From: the human T2T-CHM13v2.0 reference genome, Homo sapiens
DNA: 64,000 nucleotides
Direction: 5' to 3' (one strand)
Assembly (NCBI RefSeq): GCF_009914755.1
Contig: NC_060936.1
Position numbers and translations under genes: made by a program. The notes under the pieces were generated by a model that worked only from the letters and a program-made list of their open reading frames with translations, searched no databases and was not told the DNA's origin. Each line of letters opens with the position of its first letter. Position 1 is the stretch's first letter. This document shows, in pieces, positions 29,480 to 42,515 of the stretch.

Positions 29480-29600
29480 TCCCATTTGTAAAGGAAACTG
29501 AGATTACAAGCCCTCACCCAACTTGTTCAAGTGCCCACATCTCTGTGGTAGAGCTGGTATTTGAACCTAGGCAGTCTGACTCCATAACCTCTGAGTGTTT
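29480..29600 (-). mobile_element. MIR fragment (similar MIR relics at ~90-200, 1300-1440, 30490-30600, 35110-35230, 46230-46430, 46550-46790, 61690-61820)
   Basis: MIR core motifs ggaaactgag...acttgttcaag...tttgaacctaggcagtctgactcca. Confidence 0.65.
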
Positions 29601-31845
29601 TTAATAATCCCTTTGAGTTGAAATAATAGATACAGACACTATAGGTGCAGACACTTTGGTAATAAAGTGATTCAAGAAATAATGACTATCCCACAGAGCC
29701 ATCTGTTTTCTCTCAACCTCATCACTGGGCCTCTTCCATTTCTGGTTAGTAAGGAATGGTCTCCAACAGTGGTTCTCCCTCCCTATTTCCACTCTTCCCA
29801 CTCAGGATAGCAGGAATCTGAACATTGTATCTACTTAGCATCTTTAGTAATTTAGGCTGTGAGCATACTTCACCATCAGTTTAGTGGCTGTTTATTGATA
29901 GTTGTGCTAAGCACTGTGAGGGGACATAATTCAGAAATGTGTCCGAGCTGCAAGGAACTCAGGATAATAACAGTGGTGTGATAACAAAGTTCTTTTAGGA
30001 AGACAGAGTAGGTGGTGGTATTTTCAGTTTCCAATGTGGAGCTTTTCACTGCACATGTCATTTAGAGCTATGTTTATTTGGATCGGTGTTTAAAATTAGA
30101 AGTTGACCATCTGTATTTTTCTTGATAAGTATGGAGTCATCCTGACCAAAAAGGTTTTTGAAGGTCAGGAATAGCTTATGTTTGCAGCATTATTTTTGTA
30201 AAAGAGAAAATGATATAGAAAGGTTTAAAAATAATGCCCAGTAGTTGAAGATTTAAGGGAATTTTAGTATCTATATCCAGAGACATATGTAGCTATTGAA
30301 ATCAAAATTTTAAAGACTGCCCAACAACATAAAAATCACAAACATGTATGTGCTAGACTTCAAGCAAAATGAGATAAGGAAAATTGATCGTGATATTTGT
30401 AGAGTGTCTAATTTGTACCTGCATTCTGCTATGTATATTTGTTTAATTTTTTCACTGTATCTATCTAACAGCATGCAAAGTTGATATTATTTCAGTATTT
30501 CACAAATGAAGGAAGGGCACAGATATGTTAGGGGATTTCACCAAGGTCATTGACAGTGGTTGAACAGGAACTCAAACCCAGATCTCTTAAAAATCCAAAA
30601 TCCCCCAAGTCAATTTATTCTAGCTATTCTACTCTCCCCTGTAGCATTGCTTTTGGTTCAGAAATAATTGATTTTACGGTAAAGAGTAGAGTCACATGAA
30701 TTCAGCTGAAAAGTGCATGTCTTGTGAAAACACCAAATCTTAAAAATAATTGTGATTTCGGACTTTAACACAGAATTGAAGGACAATTAATAGTTGACAC
30801 GATCTGCAAAATGAAAGTGTAATCATAGCATAAACACTTTAATTTTATCTGATATTTGAAATATGCATTTGTGTAACTGCCAAAATATTATCTGCTTTCT
30901 GTTAGCCAGAATGTTCCAGGGACAGGAGCAGAACAGCCTTATTTATAAAGAGCAAGCAAAATATATTTTCCTTTGGGAGGGACTTTTGCTGTTGTTAACT
31001 AATGTCTGAGAATTTGGGGATGAAAACCTTTGTATTAAACTGGTGCAACATAACTCATGCCATGTAAAAAACACTTTTAACCTTTTTTCCACATGTGATA
31101 GCTTTGTATTGCAATTATTACGCATTGTTGAAAATTCTATGAGAATTACTTAACTACTTTTTAATAAGTAATATAAAATTTTTCTTAGAAAGGTTTCATT
31201 TTTCTCTGCCATATTTTATCTATTTGGATTTTTTACTTCACTCTATGGTAAACATTCATCATTACAGGTTAAACAGTGTTTGGCTTTTAAAAATAAAGAC
31301 TTTGCCTTGTTGAACAACTCAGGTTTGGGAAGGGCTTTAGTGGTTGCATTTTAATTTTTTTCAGGATTTTTACCCAAAAACATCCGTAAAATTTCATAGT
31401 TTATTTTAATTGTTTTGTGTTAAAAGCCTGGGATATTGCTAAGAAGAGAAAACAAAGAATGAATAGATATGGATTTGTCAACTTTACCCACTTATTTTTT
31501 ATTTCTTGTCATTGAATTGAAATTTTTATAAATTCTTTCCATCTGAAATTGTATCACTTGTAAAGGTTTTTTTCTCAAATAGTACCATCTGATTAGGCTT
31601 TTAGATCTTCATATGTTACCTATGCTTTCTCATTAAAGAAAAAATACTATTTCTCTAGAAGCCTGTCCTTTTTAAAGCACAAAGTACACAGCAGGTGTTT
31701 GAAAACTTTCCATCTTCCTAGTTATCTTTATCTGTTTGTATAAATTGCTAAATTGCTTTCACAAAATGCCTCTAGACATAAGGGAATTATTTGCATAAGT
31801 GGATGAAGATTTTTGTTTTCCATGAAGGAAAGCTTGAAATGGCCT

Positions 31846-31877
31846 CCTAATTGTTTTCCTTCTTTCTCTTGTTGCAG
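31846..31877 (+). promoter_or_regulatory. 3' splice site of the last TMTC2 intron (branch point, polypyrimidine tract, CAG)
   Basis: CCTAAT at 31846-31851 (branch A ~31850), then ttgttttccttctttctcttgttgCAG. Confidence 0.88.
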
Positions 31878-32057
31878 TATCCGGCTGCTTTGATGAACCT
31901 GGGAGCCATTCTGCACCTCAATGGCAGACTCCAGAAGGCCGAGGCCAACTACCTGCGGGCCCTGCAGCTCAAGCCAGACGATGTCATCACACAGTCCAAT
32001 CTCCGCAAACTGTGGAACATCATGGAAAAACAAGGCTTAAAGACTTCTAAGACCTGA
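31878..32057 (+). CDS. TMTC2: Terminal coding exon of TMTC2 (transmembrane O-mannosyltransferase targeting cadherins 2): last TPR repeat and C-terminus, 59 aa + TGA
   Basis: Phase-0 acceptor (ttgcag|TAT). Translation YPAALMNLGAILHLNGRLQKAEANYLRALQLKPDDVITQSNLRKLWNIMEKQGLKTSKT* shows the TPR pattern (NLG..L...G...A...Y..AL.L.P) and matches the TMTC2 C-terminus as I recall it. The exon is GC-richer than its flanks. Confidence 0.93.
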   Translation, partial: YPAALMNLGAILHLNGRLQKAEANYLRALQLKPDDVITQSNLRKLWNIMEKQGLKTSKT

Positions 32058-34540
32058 CACAGGAGGCAGAAGCCCATCCTCCTCCATTTTTAAAAGCTGG
32101 CTTCCTTAGCAGACAGAACTTCCCAGCAGTGCTATGACAAGAGCTGGTGTTAGACTTCAAGACCAGGGCAGAGGTCATTGAGGTCACTACCGCTTCTGGA
32201 AGAATCCACTTTGCTGTAGGCACAGCTGTTAACACCAAAAAGGGGAAAGCCGGAAACCTCCTGGAGGATGTCATTGTTACCCATAGACTGTAAACCAGAG
32301 CACTTAAAACAGAACCTTTTGGCATTCTTAAAAAGGGAGGGGTGGGTGTGTAAGTCACAGATTTTGTTCATTTTCTGAAAGCTAATTTCAAAATTATGTT
32401 GTTCCTTAAACACTGTGAGAGGAAGTCAGAGTGTCCATTCAGGCATGGCAAACAATTAGGGTTAAGTGTTACGAGGGAGTGATAAACACGTAGTGTGAGT
32501 CCCAGTGAGCCGCCGGTTGTCCTAACGCTGCTGTCTTCCCTGTTTGGGACAGCCTGCTTATCAATTTCTGAAGCTTAGAACACTTTTTTTAATACTGTGT
32601 CAAGATCTGTCAGAATCTGCTATGTTTCTTGACCAGTGCACATAATGTTTTATGATTTGGATGTCAGAGGCTTCATTCTTTTGGACATCATTTGCTTTTT
32701 ATGTTCTGAAAAGGATATGGAGAGTAGAGCTAACCATACTTCACACTCGAGTTGTATGAGGGACTGGGGAGGCCTTATATGTGTCAGGCAGGCATTTTTA
32801 AAATTTTAATATCGTCAATATTTTCCCCCAAACTGCCCAGTAGAATTCATTGTATTAATTCTTTTGAAATTACCTTTGAAAATAGCTATTCCTGGAGAAT
32901 GTGCAAGCTTACATAAGGATAAAGGACAGGGGAGGAGTTTGTAAGCCTTGCAGTTCCAATAACTAACCAACAGGTTATTAGACAAAAGGGAAGGTGTTTT
33001 GTGCTTCTCAGATGTTGCTGGTTTAGGAGTGTGTGATGATGCTTGCCAGTGATTTTGTGTTTTGGAAAGGGTAGGTATCGAATGTTAATCACTTTCTAAT
33101 GGGTACCTAAACAGCAATGCTGATAAATGTTCAAGGAATTATTTTCATCTTAGTTTGTTCTTCTCAAAAGGCATCAAAAACAACTTATTTGAAGCTGCAA
33201 TAGAGTGTAGCATTAGCCTGCATGTTTCTAGGTCTTCTGCCAAGTGCTTTTCTCAGTTGAAAACTATTTTTCACTAGCAAAATTGGTATTTTATTTCATT
33301 ACCTGTTAGTAACTACTTCAATGATCATTTCACAAGAAAAAGACTATAAATTAGGTAGAGAACAACATTTTTATTGAACATTTTTGGCTTGCAATCAAAC
33401 TTTGCCACTAAAAATTAACTTCATAAAACACTAGTCTGTTATCAACTTCTTCACAGAGAAAGTAGCTATACTATACCCTACATATTTATTTATTTATTAT
33501 TCTACTATAGCAGAATAACAAAACTTGATGCATTAAGCCAGTTCTTTGCAACTGAAAATTACCTGTTTCTCCTTCCCTTTCACACTCCATGTATATATGA
33601 TCAGCCTCTCCATTAAAAAGAAGCTGGACATGCAAATACATCATATTATGTTTTCTCCATATTTTATGTTTTTCTATGTATCTGAATACAGTGGGATAAA
33701 TAATTGAAAGTAGTGTTCCTATGGCATTAGTGTTTTTGTGAGAAGGGTAAATGTAGTGAGAAAGGTTTTTTCATGGCATTAATAAGAAAGCCCTTCTGTA
33801 ATATATATATTATTTTGTAAACATTTCACTGAAGGGCCAAAAGTTAAATTATAACTAAATCACTGTGTTTTCAGAATGATATTTAACAACAAACCCGTGG
33901 TCAAACCAAAATAGTGGGTTGAAGTGTATTATTCATCTTTTAGTGCATTGGCAATTGCAAAAAAAAAAAGGAATTTAATATAAGGCTATAGAGATTAATT
34001 CAGTGTCTAACATTTGTATTTATTTAAATAGTTATTGACCTATGATGACTTTCTAGTCTTAACATTTTATCTTTTTATTGTTGTTGTTCTTCCTTTCAAA
34101 GACGTGGTTCTTAATAGGTTCACTGAATGCACAGTTGAGGCACTTCTTGTGACACCAGTTCCCAAGTAGCGTTAATAATTGGGCCTGTGTCATAAAATGC
34201 ACGGATCATTAATAACTAAATGTCCCTGACACTTTTCACTACAGGGCTGGACTTAGTAACTGACCAACTTCGGGGGGGAGGGTTGGGGCAAGGGGGGGTG
34301 GGCGTTAGAACATGATCAAAAAATGTCTCCGCTCAGGGATTTATGGTGGATTATTGCAGACAGTGCTAAAAATATAGAGCACAAGACAAGTTTACTAAAT
34401 TAAAATTTTATTTTTTGAGAAACTGTTATTTGTATAAATTATCAAGATTTGTAGGCTTTCCTTTTGTAGAAATAATTGTTTTATGTGCCAGAGAATTTCA
34501 ATTTTGTTTTCAACAATAAAGCATTGATAAGAAATATATT
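32058..34540 (+). other. TMTC2: TMTC2 3'UTR (~2.5 kb; end approximate)
   Basis: AU-rich sequence with no recognisable interspersed repeat, running from the stop codon to a canonical poly(A) signal. Confidence 0.75.
34515..34520 (+). terminator. Polyadenylation signal AATAAA
   Basis: AATAAA with several upstream TGTA elements (34431-34470), U-rich context and downstream GT/T-rich sequence (ttgtgtaagccgttttt). Confidence 0.75.
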
Positions 34541-37500
34541 GTGTAAGCCGTTTTTAAATCTTCTACAGCAACAACACTTAAACTCTGAAGTTTTAACGAA
34601 ACTAAGTAAGAGATTAAAAAGAGTAGAGGTTGAGCATCGAATAGAGACACATTGTGGTTAATGTATAATTAATAATCATCATTTTTAAAAGTTATTGTAA
34701 TGCAAGTAAGCATTGCCAATATCACCCGGTTTACCATACTTAGAAAAAATGACAAAGTTTGTCTTGTTTTCTTTGGTTGATGAGCTATGGGAAAAGATGC
34801 TATGAAATAATCCAAGAAGGGCAAATTTATAAGTTTCTGGCTTCAGTAGGTTGTTTGGTAAAAATCGCCATGTTTAGAAGACACTGAATCTCTAGTTCTG
34901 GTCTTGGCTGTAAGCACGCCCCTATTCTGCTGAGAAATGTGAGTGCAGCGCATTCAGGAGTCAGTTATAAGGAAAGGTTGGGTCCTAGACATGGTGCAAA
35001 GTGACAGAGAATTCAGCAGTCTTGTTAAAATTGTTATGTCACATGATTATATATTGCCTGTTTCTTCTATTATGGGATAAAAGTTAGCTGTGAGGACTTT
35101 TATGTTAAACATCCTATGGATGTGTGAGGTTATTTTCCACTTTTACAGATAAGGAAACTAAGACTCAAAAGTATGAAACAACCTACCCAATGTCACTAAG
35201 GTAGCAAGCAGCAAGCCTGTCCCCAAGTTGTCTGATGTGTCCTGAGTCATGTGGGCACTCAGTCATTGAACAAGAGGTCTGGGTATCAGCCCTCTTGGCA
35301 TTTCTCTAGCGACTTCACTTCCACAAATCACATTCTCTACCTCTCTTTCTGCAGACGATTTGAAGATCAAAGGAGGTAATTCATTAAAAAATCTTTAAAA
35401 TTTAGAGTGTAACAGTCAGAAAAAAAAAAAGACTTCAATGTTCATGTCGTTAAATCCATTTAGTTTCCACCTGAGGAATATTAAGCCTTGCAAGTTAAGT
35501 GATTTAACAAAGATCCCAAAACTAGATAGTGGCAGCACACACCAGGCTAAAGAAATTTATTAAAAGTTATTGCTATGTGAGGAATTGTATAACTGATTTT
35601 TTTAATGAAGGCATAGTTTGAAGTTGAATTGGAGCACTGTCACTGTACTTGGAAACCAATGAAGGCAAGGACCATATTTTTGGGAGGGACTTTATTCTCC
35701 AGCTCAGCACATTGTTGAGTAGAAGACCCTAAAATACACCATACATGAAAACTCTATCTGTCATGTGCCCATGAGATATTATTTTTTTTTAAGTCACTTT
35801 CTAAAACAGTTGAGATTTGGGGATTTGCTGATTTACTATTTTCACCTGAGTGATACTAGTTTTTCACATAGTATATTTTTCCAGTAAAGAGAAAGAAAAT
35901 ACCTCTAAGTCTTGGCTGCTCTTTCTATTACAAGGAAAGGAATTGGGTTTCCATAAATAACTTAAGAATTAGGATAATTTCAATTTATTTGTACATACCT
36001 TTGTAATATGATTTCTCAATTTAAATATTATTTTCAGTACTATAGAATGTGCTTCCTACTATTCAAAACTCAACTTGTTTTAATAAAGGAGTATTGCTAG
36101 AAAACTTGGCTTATGCATTGGAACTATTACACACTGTAAAGCTAGAGCAAGCTGAATGGTAATGCAATTGTGCTATTGTGCTTAGTATTGCAGTAGAAAA
36201 AGATGCATGTGTACTAAGACTTTAACTTGCTGTGTCATTTTGGGTGGTCTTCCTGCAGGATGCAATCAGAGAGGCCTTGAGAGTCAGCTTTCATTCCATC
36301 TGCCGCTTCACCACATATTGGCCTTTTGTTGTTGTTGTTCTATAGAGATTTGAGATGTATTTTTTCTCCCTGGAGGATTGCTGGGTTTAAGTTTCTTGTT
36401 AACTTGAAATTCCTGTGAAGTTTTTCTTCCATGTTTCCCAAAACCTTCCCCCAACTTCTTACAGCTGCTCTCTGATGTTATTGTGCTATTTAATTGTCTG
36501 CTTCCAAAGAGTGGAGAGATATACTAACTACTTTTTTAGCTAGCAAATTCTCAGATCAAATAAGAAAGTTATAAACATATGAGACAATGTGATGAGATCA
36601 TTTAAAAATACCTATAGGAATCTAAGTTAGTATGGTATCTAAAATGGTGTTTGGGAAAAGTATCTGGAGGTTCCCAAAAGGAGAGAGGAAAGATGGAGAG
36701 ATAGGGATAGATACATGGAAAATTGATGTTAATTGTCCTTAATAATTATTAAGCTTTTGTTGGAGAGGTAAAGGATTTGATTAGAACAGTTTGAGACTGT
36801 CTGTATTCTTTTTGGTTGCCCAGTAATCTACCAAGATAGGGTCGCTGTATTGGAAAAGAAAGTGTAACAAGTGAGTGAATACAACCACAGGAGAGGCTGG
36901 AAAAATGTGCAACCAATTTGAAGTCTAGACTAGAACTAGCTATCTGTTCTGATAGGAAATAGATTTAATTTTTCTCCTACCTTTTTTGGATTTGACAGGT
37001 TTATCACTTATTCAAGGCGAAGCTATCAACCATTCTCTAGTCAGATGGAGTGAATAGAGTTCTGTATTTCGAGTAATAGCTCAGGACTTGTAGAAACACT
37101 TTTTCTAATAATTTTCTATCATGTCTCTTTCCTTTCCATCCTAGTAGACTCAAAATAAAATAACTCCTGAGTCTTTTCTCTTGGCAATATCATTGAACAA
37201 CTAGAGACTATAATACAAGTTTTCAAAAATGTATTGAGGGAGAAATCAAGCAATTTAATTTGTTTTCAAAAATACTTAAAATACCCTAAAGGAATTAAAG
37301 TGTCTTTTTTGCAGCTGGATATTTCTCTCATATAATATAAGGGACAATTTAATACCAGAAAATCAGAATTGATGAGGGATGAGGGGGCAAGTGTATGTGT
37401 GTAGGGTGTGAGAATAGTGCTTACCTTTGATTTTAATGTGAGCCCTTTTTATAATTTCATTTAGCATGTAATGGCTAAATCACAATTAGCTTTTTCATTC

Positions 37501-38609
37501 TGAAGACAACTTGTTAAGTAGTTAGAGCCAATTAGTAATCTCAATAGATTTTTTTCATTCTTTTTTGTGCTATTTTAAATATGTTGTTATGCTTAATGTC
37601 TGTGGACATTTTATGCTTCCTTTACAATGATGACTTACTATTCTATAAATGTGCCTTTGCCATATAGTATCATAATGATAATTTGGGAAATTTCACTGGA
37701 ATTATGTTTCAGGGTATATTTTTTAAAAACTGTCCTAGGCCAATAAATATTTTGATGTTACTACATACTATTCTATTAAAATTTTATGATTTTGCATTAT
37801 ATGATATGGAACAGTATAACAATATTTTGTTTTATTTGAACCCCTTGATGATATTTATCATCATTACCCATTACCCTGTTGATGATATTTATAAAATGTA
37901 GCAAAGCATACATTTTCCTATAAAATTAGTTAAGGAACTTTCTTGGTTAATTTGTTCTCATTTCTGTTTATAGAAGCAATTATTGTTTGAAGTCCTATTT
38001 CAAATTTTTGCTTTTTGAGTGATGATGAGGATGAGTTAATCTGTTGCTATTTCTCAAGTAAGTAAAAAGTAATAACTCTTAGAAATCAATCACAATATCC
38101 GAGAGCAAGAGAAAACACAGATTTGGTCTAGGCACCATACAAATAAAGAAGGTGTGGCTTAGGGCAGTTAATTGATAGGGCTAAACTTACTCATTCACAG
38201 TACAGCAAATGTAACACATAAAATGTTGAGGTAATAGCTGCAGGTTGTATCCTGCAAAGCCCAGTGCTAACCAGAACTTGTGAAATCATCTCTTCTTCAG
38301 AGTAGAGGGAAGACACACAGCTCCAACTAAGTTCATTTTGGGTCCCTGGTTTTAGTCAGAAAATCTTAATTTTAGGACAAATTTATGAATCATACCTAAC
38401 CAAACAAAGCTGGTCTAAGTAAAAGTGGAGCATAGAAGCAATAAGATATATTAAACCATTTCCAAAGATCCAAAACACTGCTTGGGTATATCTTCTGACC
38501 TGTCTGTGATGCATCAGTGGTCTAAGTTTCATTTGCCTATTGCAGACTGGTGCAATGTGCAAGATCCCACCAGACGTAACAAGTCGGATGCGATCCTTCA
38601 TGATGAAAG

Positions 38610-38757
38610 GACCTTTTATCCCGTAACATGGCATCTTCATTCAACTTGCTCCTTGGAATTTCAGCGCAGTGGGGCCCTTCCCATAGATAGAAATCTGAAT
38701 GAATAGGGTTTTAATTATTTCATTCCTTCGCTCTCAAGAAAATGTTTTTCTGTTGTA
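38610..38757 (+). repeat. Copy 1 of a 148-bp dispersed direct duplication
   Basis: Matches 40958-41104 with ~10 differences. Confidence 0.93.
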
Positions 38758-39613
38758 ATTATATAAATAATTATATAAATAAATAACATTTTTTTCTTTT
38801 TTTAGGCTACGTTTTTGTAAAATTAAAGGTTTTTGGAGCATACTAGCTGGATGAAAGCTCTTTATAGGCCAGAGAATAATTGTAAAATATGAACAGCATG
38901 TCACTTTTCCATTGCAGTGTAACAGTAAATACATTTGCTACAAGTATTTATGATTATTAGCTAATCTATTTGATTCCCTTTCATCAACTTTGTCCACTTT
39001 CTCTGTTATATGTAAGTGTGCACACACATACAAACACGTAAAAAAACCTACTGCATGCCTGGGAAGTCCATAGCTAAACCAATCTTAAGTATCTGTACAT
39101 TTGATCCTCCAGGAGAGCAAGTCATTATGAGGAATGAGACATAATTTGAAATGTCTTGATTAAAAGAAGAAATAAAGTGTGATCAATCCTTTGTCCTTGG
39201 GTGAATGATTTAGATCCAGACAAGCAAGGGTCAGAAGGAGATGAGGGCAGACATTTCTTAAGATACTGTTAAAAATATCTTGGCACATTTCTTTTTACAT
39301 TGTCCTACGCTGTCACAATCAAGCTGCTGCTGTGATTCACCAAATGGACTATATAGGGTACTTTTCTGTCCTTATTCTAGGAAAGAAATACCACTTGGAG
39401 AAAGAGGAGACAAGACAAATGTAGATTTGTACTTCTTCATTTTCCAGATAAGAAAAATTACCAAGTTGACCTTTAAATATCTTGGTTTTAAATGTATTTT
39501 GTCTTGGGGACATTAGCCAATGATCAAACAATACAGATTATTGAATATAGGAAGCAACACACTTGGTAATTCTGAATACTGATGAATACCCCACTGGAAG
39601 ACCCCAATTATAT

Positions 39614-40921
39614 TGAGAAGTGACAACGTGCTAGCAGCCTTCACTCGCTCTCACCACCTCCTCGGCCTCGGTGTCCACTCTGGCCACACATGAGGAGCCC
39701 TTCAGTGCGCCTCTGCACTGTGGGAGCCCCTCTCTGGGCTGGACAAGGCCAGAGCTGGCTCCCTCTGCTTGGGGGCAGGTGTGGAGGGAGAAGCGCGGGC
39801 AGGAACCAGGGCTGCAGGCGGTGCTCTCAGGCCAGCCTGAGTTCCGGGTGGGCGTGGGCTTGGCAGGCCCTGCACTAGGAGCAGCCGGCTGGCACCGCCG
39901 GCCCCAGGCAATGAGGAGCTTAGCACCCGGGCCAGCAGCTGCGGGGGGAGTGCAGAGTCACCCAGCATTGCCAGCCCGCCCACACCACACTCGAATTCTT
40001 GCCGGGCCTCAGCCACCCCCCACCATGGGCTCCCCACGGCCTGAGCCTCCAGGACGGTTGCCGCCCCTGCTCCACCACACCCCGTCCCATGGACAGCCCA
40101 AGGGCTGAGGAGTGCCGGCCAGTGGCTTGCAACTGGGCAGCTCTGCCCCTGGCCCTGGCGAGGGATCCACTAGGCGAAGCCAGCTGGGCTCCTCAATCAG
40201 GTAGAGACTTGCAGAACTTCTATTATCTAGCTGGAAGATTGTATATGCACCAATCAGCACTCCGTCTAGCTCAGGGTTTGTAAATGCACCAATCAGCAAC
40301 CTGTGTCTAGCTCAAGGTTTCTAAACGCACCAATCAGTGCTCTGTGTCTAGCTAATCTAGTGGGGACTTAGAGAACTTTTGTGTCTAGCTAAAGGATTGT
40401 AAACGCACCAATCAGTTCTCTGTAAAATGGACCAATCAGCTCTCTGTAAAATGGACCAGTCTGCTCTCTGCAAAATGGGCCAATCAGCAGGATGTGTGGG
40501 GGGGGGGGGGATGGGGGTGGGAGTGGGGGGGTCAGATAAGGGCATAAAAGCAGGCTGCCCAAGCCAGCAGCTACAACCAGGTGTGGGTCCCTTTCTGCAC
40601 TGTGGGAGATTCGTTCATTCCCTCTTTGCAATAAATCTTGCTGCTGCTCACTCTTTGGGTTGGCGCTGCTCACTCTTTGGGTTGGCACTGCCCTTAAGAG
40701 CTGTAACACTCACGCGAAAGTCTGCATCTTCACTTCGGAAGCCAGCGATGCCAGGAACCCAGCAGGAAAGAAGGAAGAAACTCCGAAGGCGTCGAAACAC
40801 CAGAAGGAATGGACAACTCCAGACCCACCGCCTTTAAAAACTGTAACACTTACCGTGAGGGTCCAGGTCCACGGCTTCATTCTTGGTCAGCGAGACCAAG
40901 AACCCACCAATTCTGGACACA
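39614..40921 (+). mobile_element. Solo LTR12 (ERV9; LTR12E/C-like)
   Basis: tgagaagtgacaacgtgctagcagcc...aattctggacaca termini, 4-bp TSD ATAT (39610-39613 / 40922-40925), GC-rich U3, tandem CCAATCAG units, AATAAA 40630-40635. Confidence 0.93.
40250..40550 (+). promoter_or_regulatory. LTR12 U3 promoter/enhancer: six CCAAT boxes, GATA site, TATA-like element
   Basis: CCAAT at 40250, 40289, 40330, 40408, 40432 and 40480; AGATAA 40534-40539; CATAAAA 40543-40549. Activity is not shown by sequence. Confidence 0.65.
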
Positions 40922-40957
40922 ATATCAGCTTTCTTTTTTGGTTTTAGCTCTTCAGGT

Positions 40958-41104
40958 GACCTTTTATCCCCTAACATGGCATGTTATTCAACTTGCTCCT
41001 TGGAATTTCAGCGCAGTGGGGCCTTTCCCATAGATATAAATCTGAATGAATAGGGTTTCAATGATTTCATTCCTTCACTCTCAAGAAAATGTTTTCCTGT
41101 TATA
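40958..41104 (+). repeat. Copy 2 of the 148-bp dispersed direct duplication
   Basis: Matches 38610-38757. Confidence 0.93.
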
Positions 41105-42155
41105 TCTTTTACATGCAAAGTGTTTTACAGTTCTCAAAGGATTTCGTGTCTTTTCTATTTATCTCTTTAAAACAATCTGGCAAAATAGACAGGAGAAACA
41201 TCATAATTCTCAAATCAAGCTGCAGATGATGATTCAGAAGCTCAGAATGACTGTATGACTTGCCCAAGATTTACATTCAGTATGAAAACACGTCTTTTGT
41301 CTCCCAATCTTACAGCTTTGATCTAAACCTAGAGCAAGTATTGAGGGGTATGAGCACGATCAATACATTAGGGGATTTCTGCCTCCTTTCTTACTCCCTT
41401 AGCCTTTGAAGTTCAGATGTGATGCAAAAGTGTTTCTATGTAAAAAACTTTTATTCATAACTGGAGACTGTTTCCAACTACATCCCTATATGGTGAGAGG
41501 GTTGAGGAAGGAGGAGAGTATCACTTTAATGTAAGGACACATGTGCTCACAAAAATAATTTCACTTTCGTCCGATCACCTACTTTTGTTTACCAGTCTTA
41601 GGGGTTTAAATTTCTTCTATTTAAAATGTACCTATTGAGCTTTCTCTTGCAATCTAGGTATCAAAGGTGCTTGGCCTGATTTGGGCCATTCCATGTTTCT
41701 ATAGGATGTCTGGTACTATTTTCCAGTTTTGGTGAATATCGGGCTCTTGCATTCTGAAACTCTTGAGTCTCTTCTTCTAATGAGCTCTTCTGGCTTTTTC
41801 TTCTTTGTATTCTTCCATTCACCAATTGAATAACAGACTTTTTTCTGATTTCCCTGAAATCATTGGCACAGGCCGACATTAAGGGTTTGTAGTGGCAGAG
41901 TGGTTTTAATCAAATAACTTAAATTGAATATTGAACAAACTGGTTCTTGATATTTCTCTAGCTGCCAACGATAACTTCCCATTGGTTGCCCATTGCCATG
42001 GGTTTTATGCCCCTAGAAGACAGGGTTCTCTCCCATGCTCACTTCAATCTCAGAACTGCTATTACCTTCTTACGGAAAAGTTCCAGACCCGTCCTACTAT
42101 ACAGAAAGCGATTTTCCAAGTGTTTTCCTGAAGCAAAGTTTAAAAACCTGCAGCC

Positions 42156-42515
<360 letters not shown>

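Noticed and set aside
31851-31877. N-terminal MFSFFLLLQ of the listed 68-aa ORF
   Set aside because: It is the translated polypyrimidine tract; the exon begins at 31878.
32055-32093. Stop-codon read-through of TMTC2 (TGA-C, would add HRRQKPILLHF)
   Set aside because: It lacks the TGA-CTAG motif and the extension has no recognisable signal. The native ...KTSKT end is neither a canonical PTS1 nor a dilysine motif.
38597-38703. C/D-box snoRNA-like layout (ATGATGA 38600-38606 ... CTGA 38695-38698, ttcat/atgaa ends)
   Set aside because: The stem overlaps box C instead of preceding it. Box C sits in the junction of the 148-bp duplication and is absent from copy 2. The site is outside any evident host intron. 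Most likely chance.
39671-40947. Cluster of overlapping ORFs and a CpG-island-like region
   Set aside because: Explained entirely by the GC-rich LTR12.
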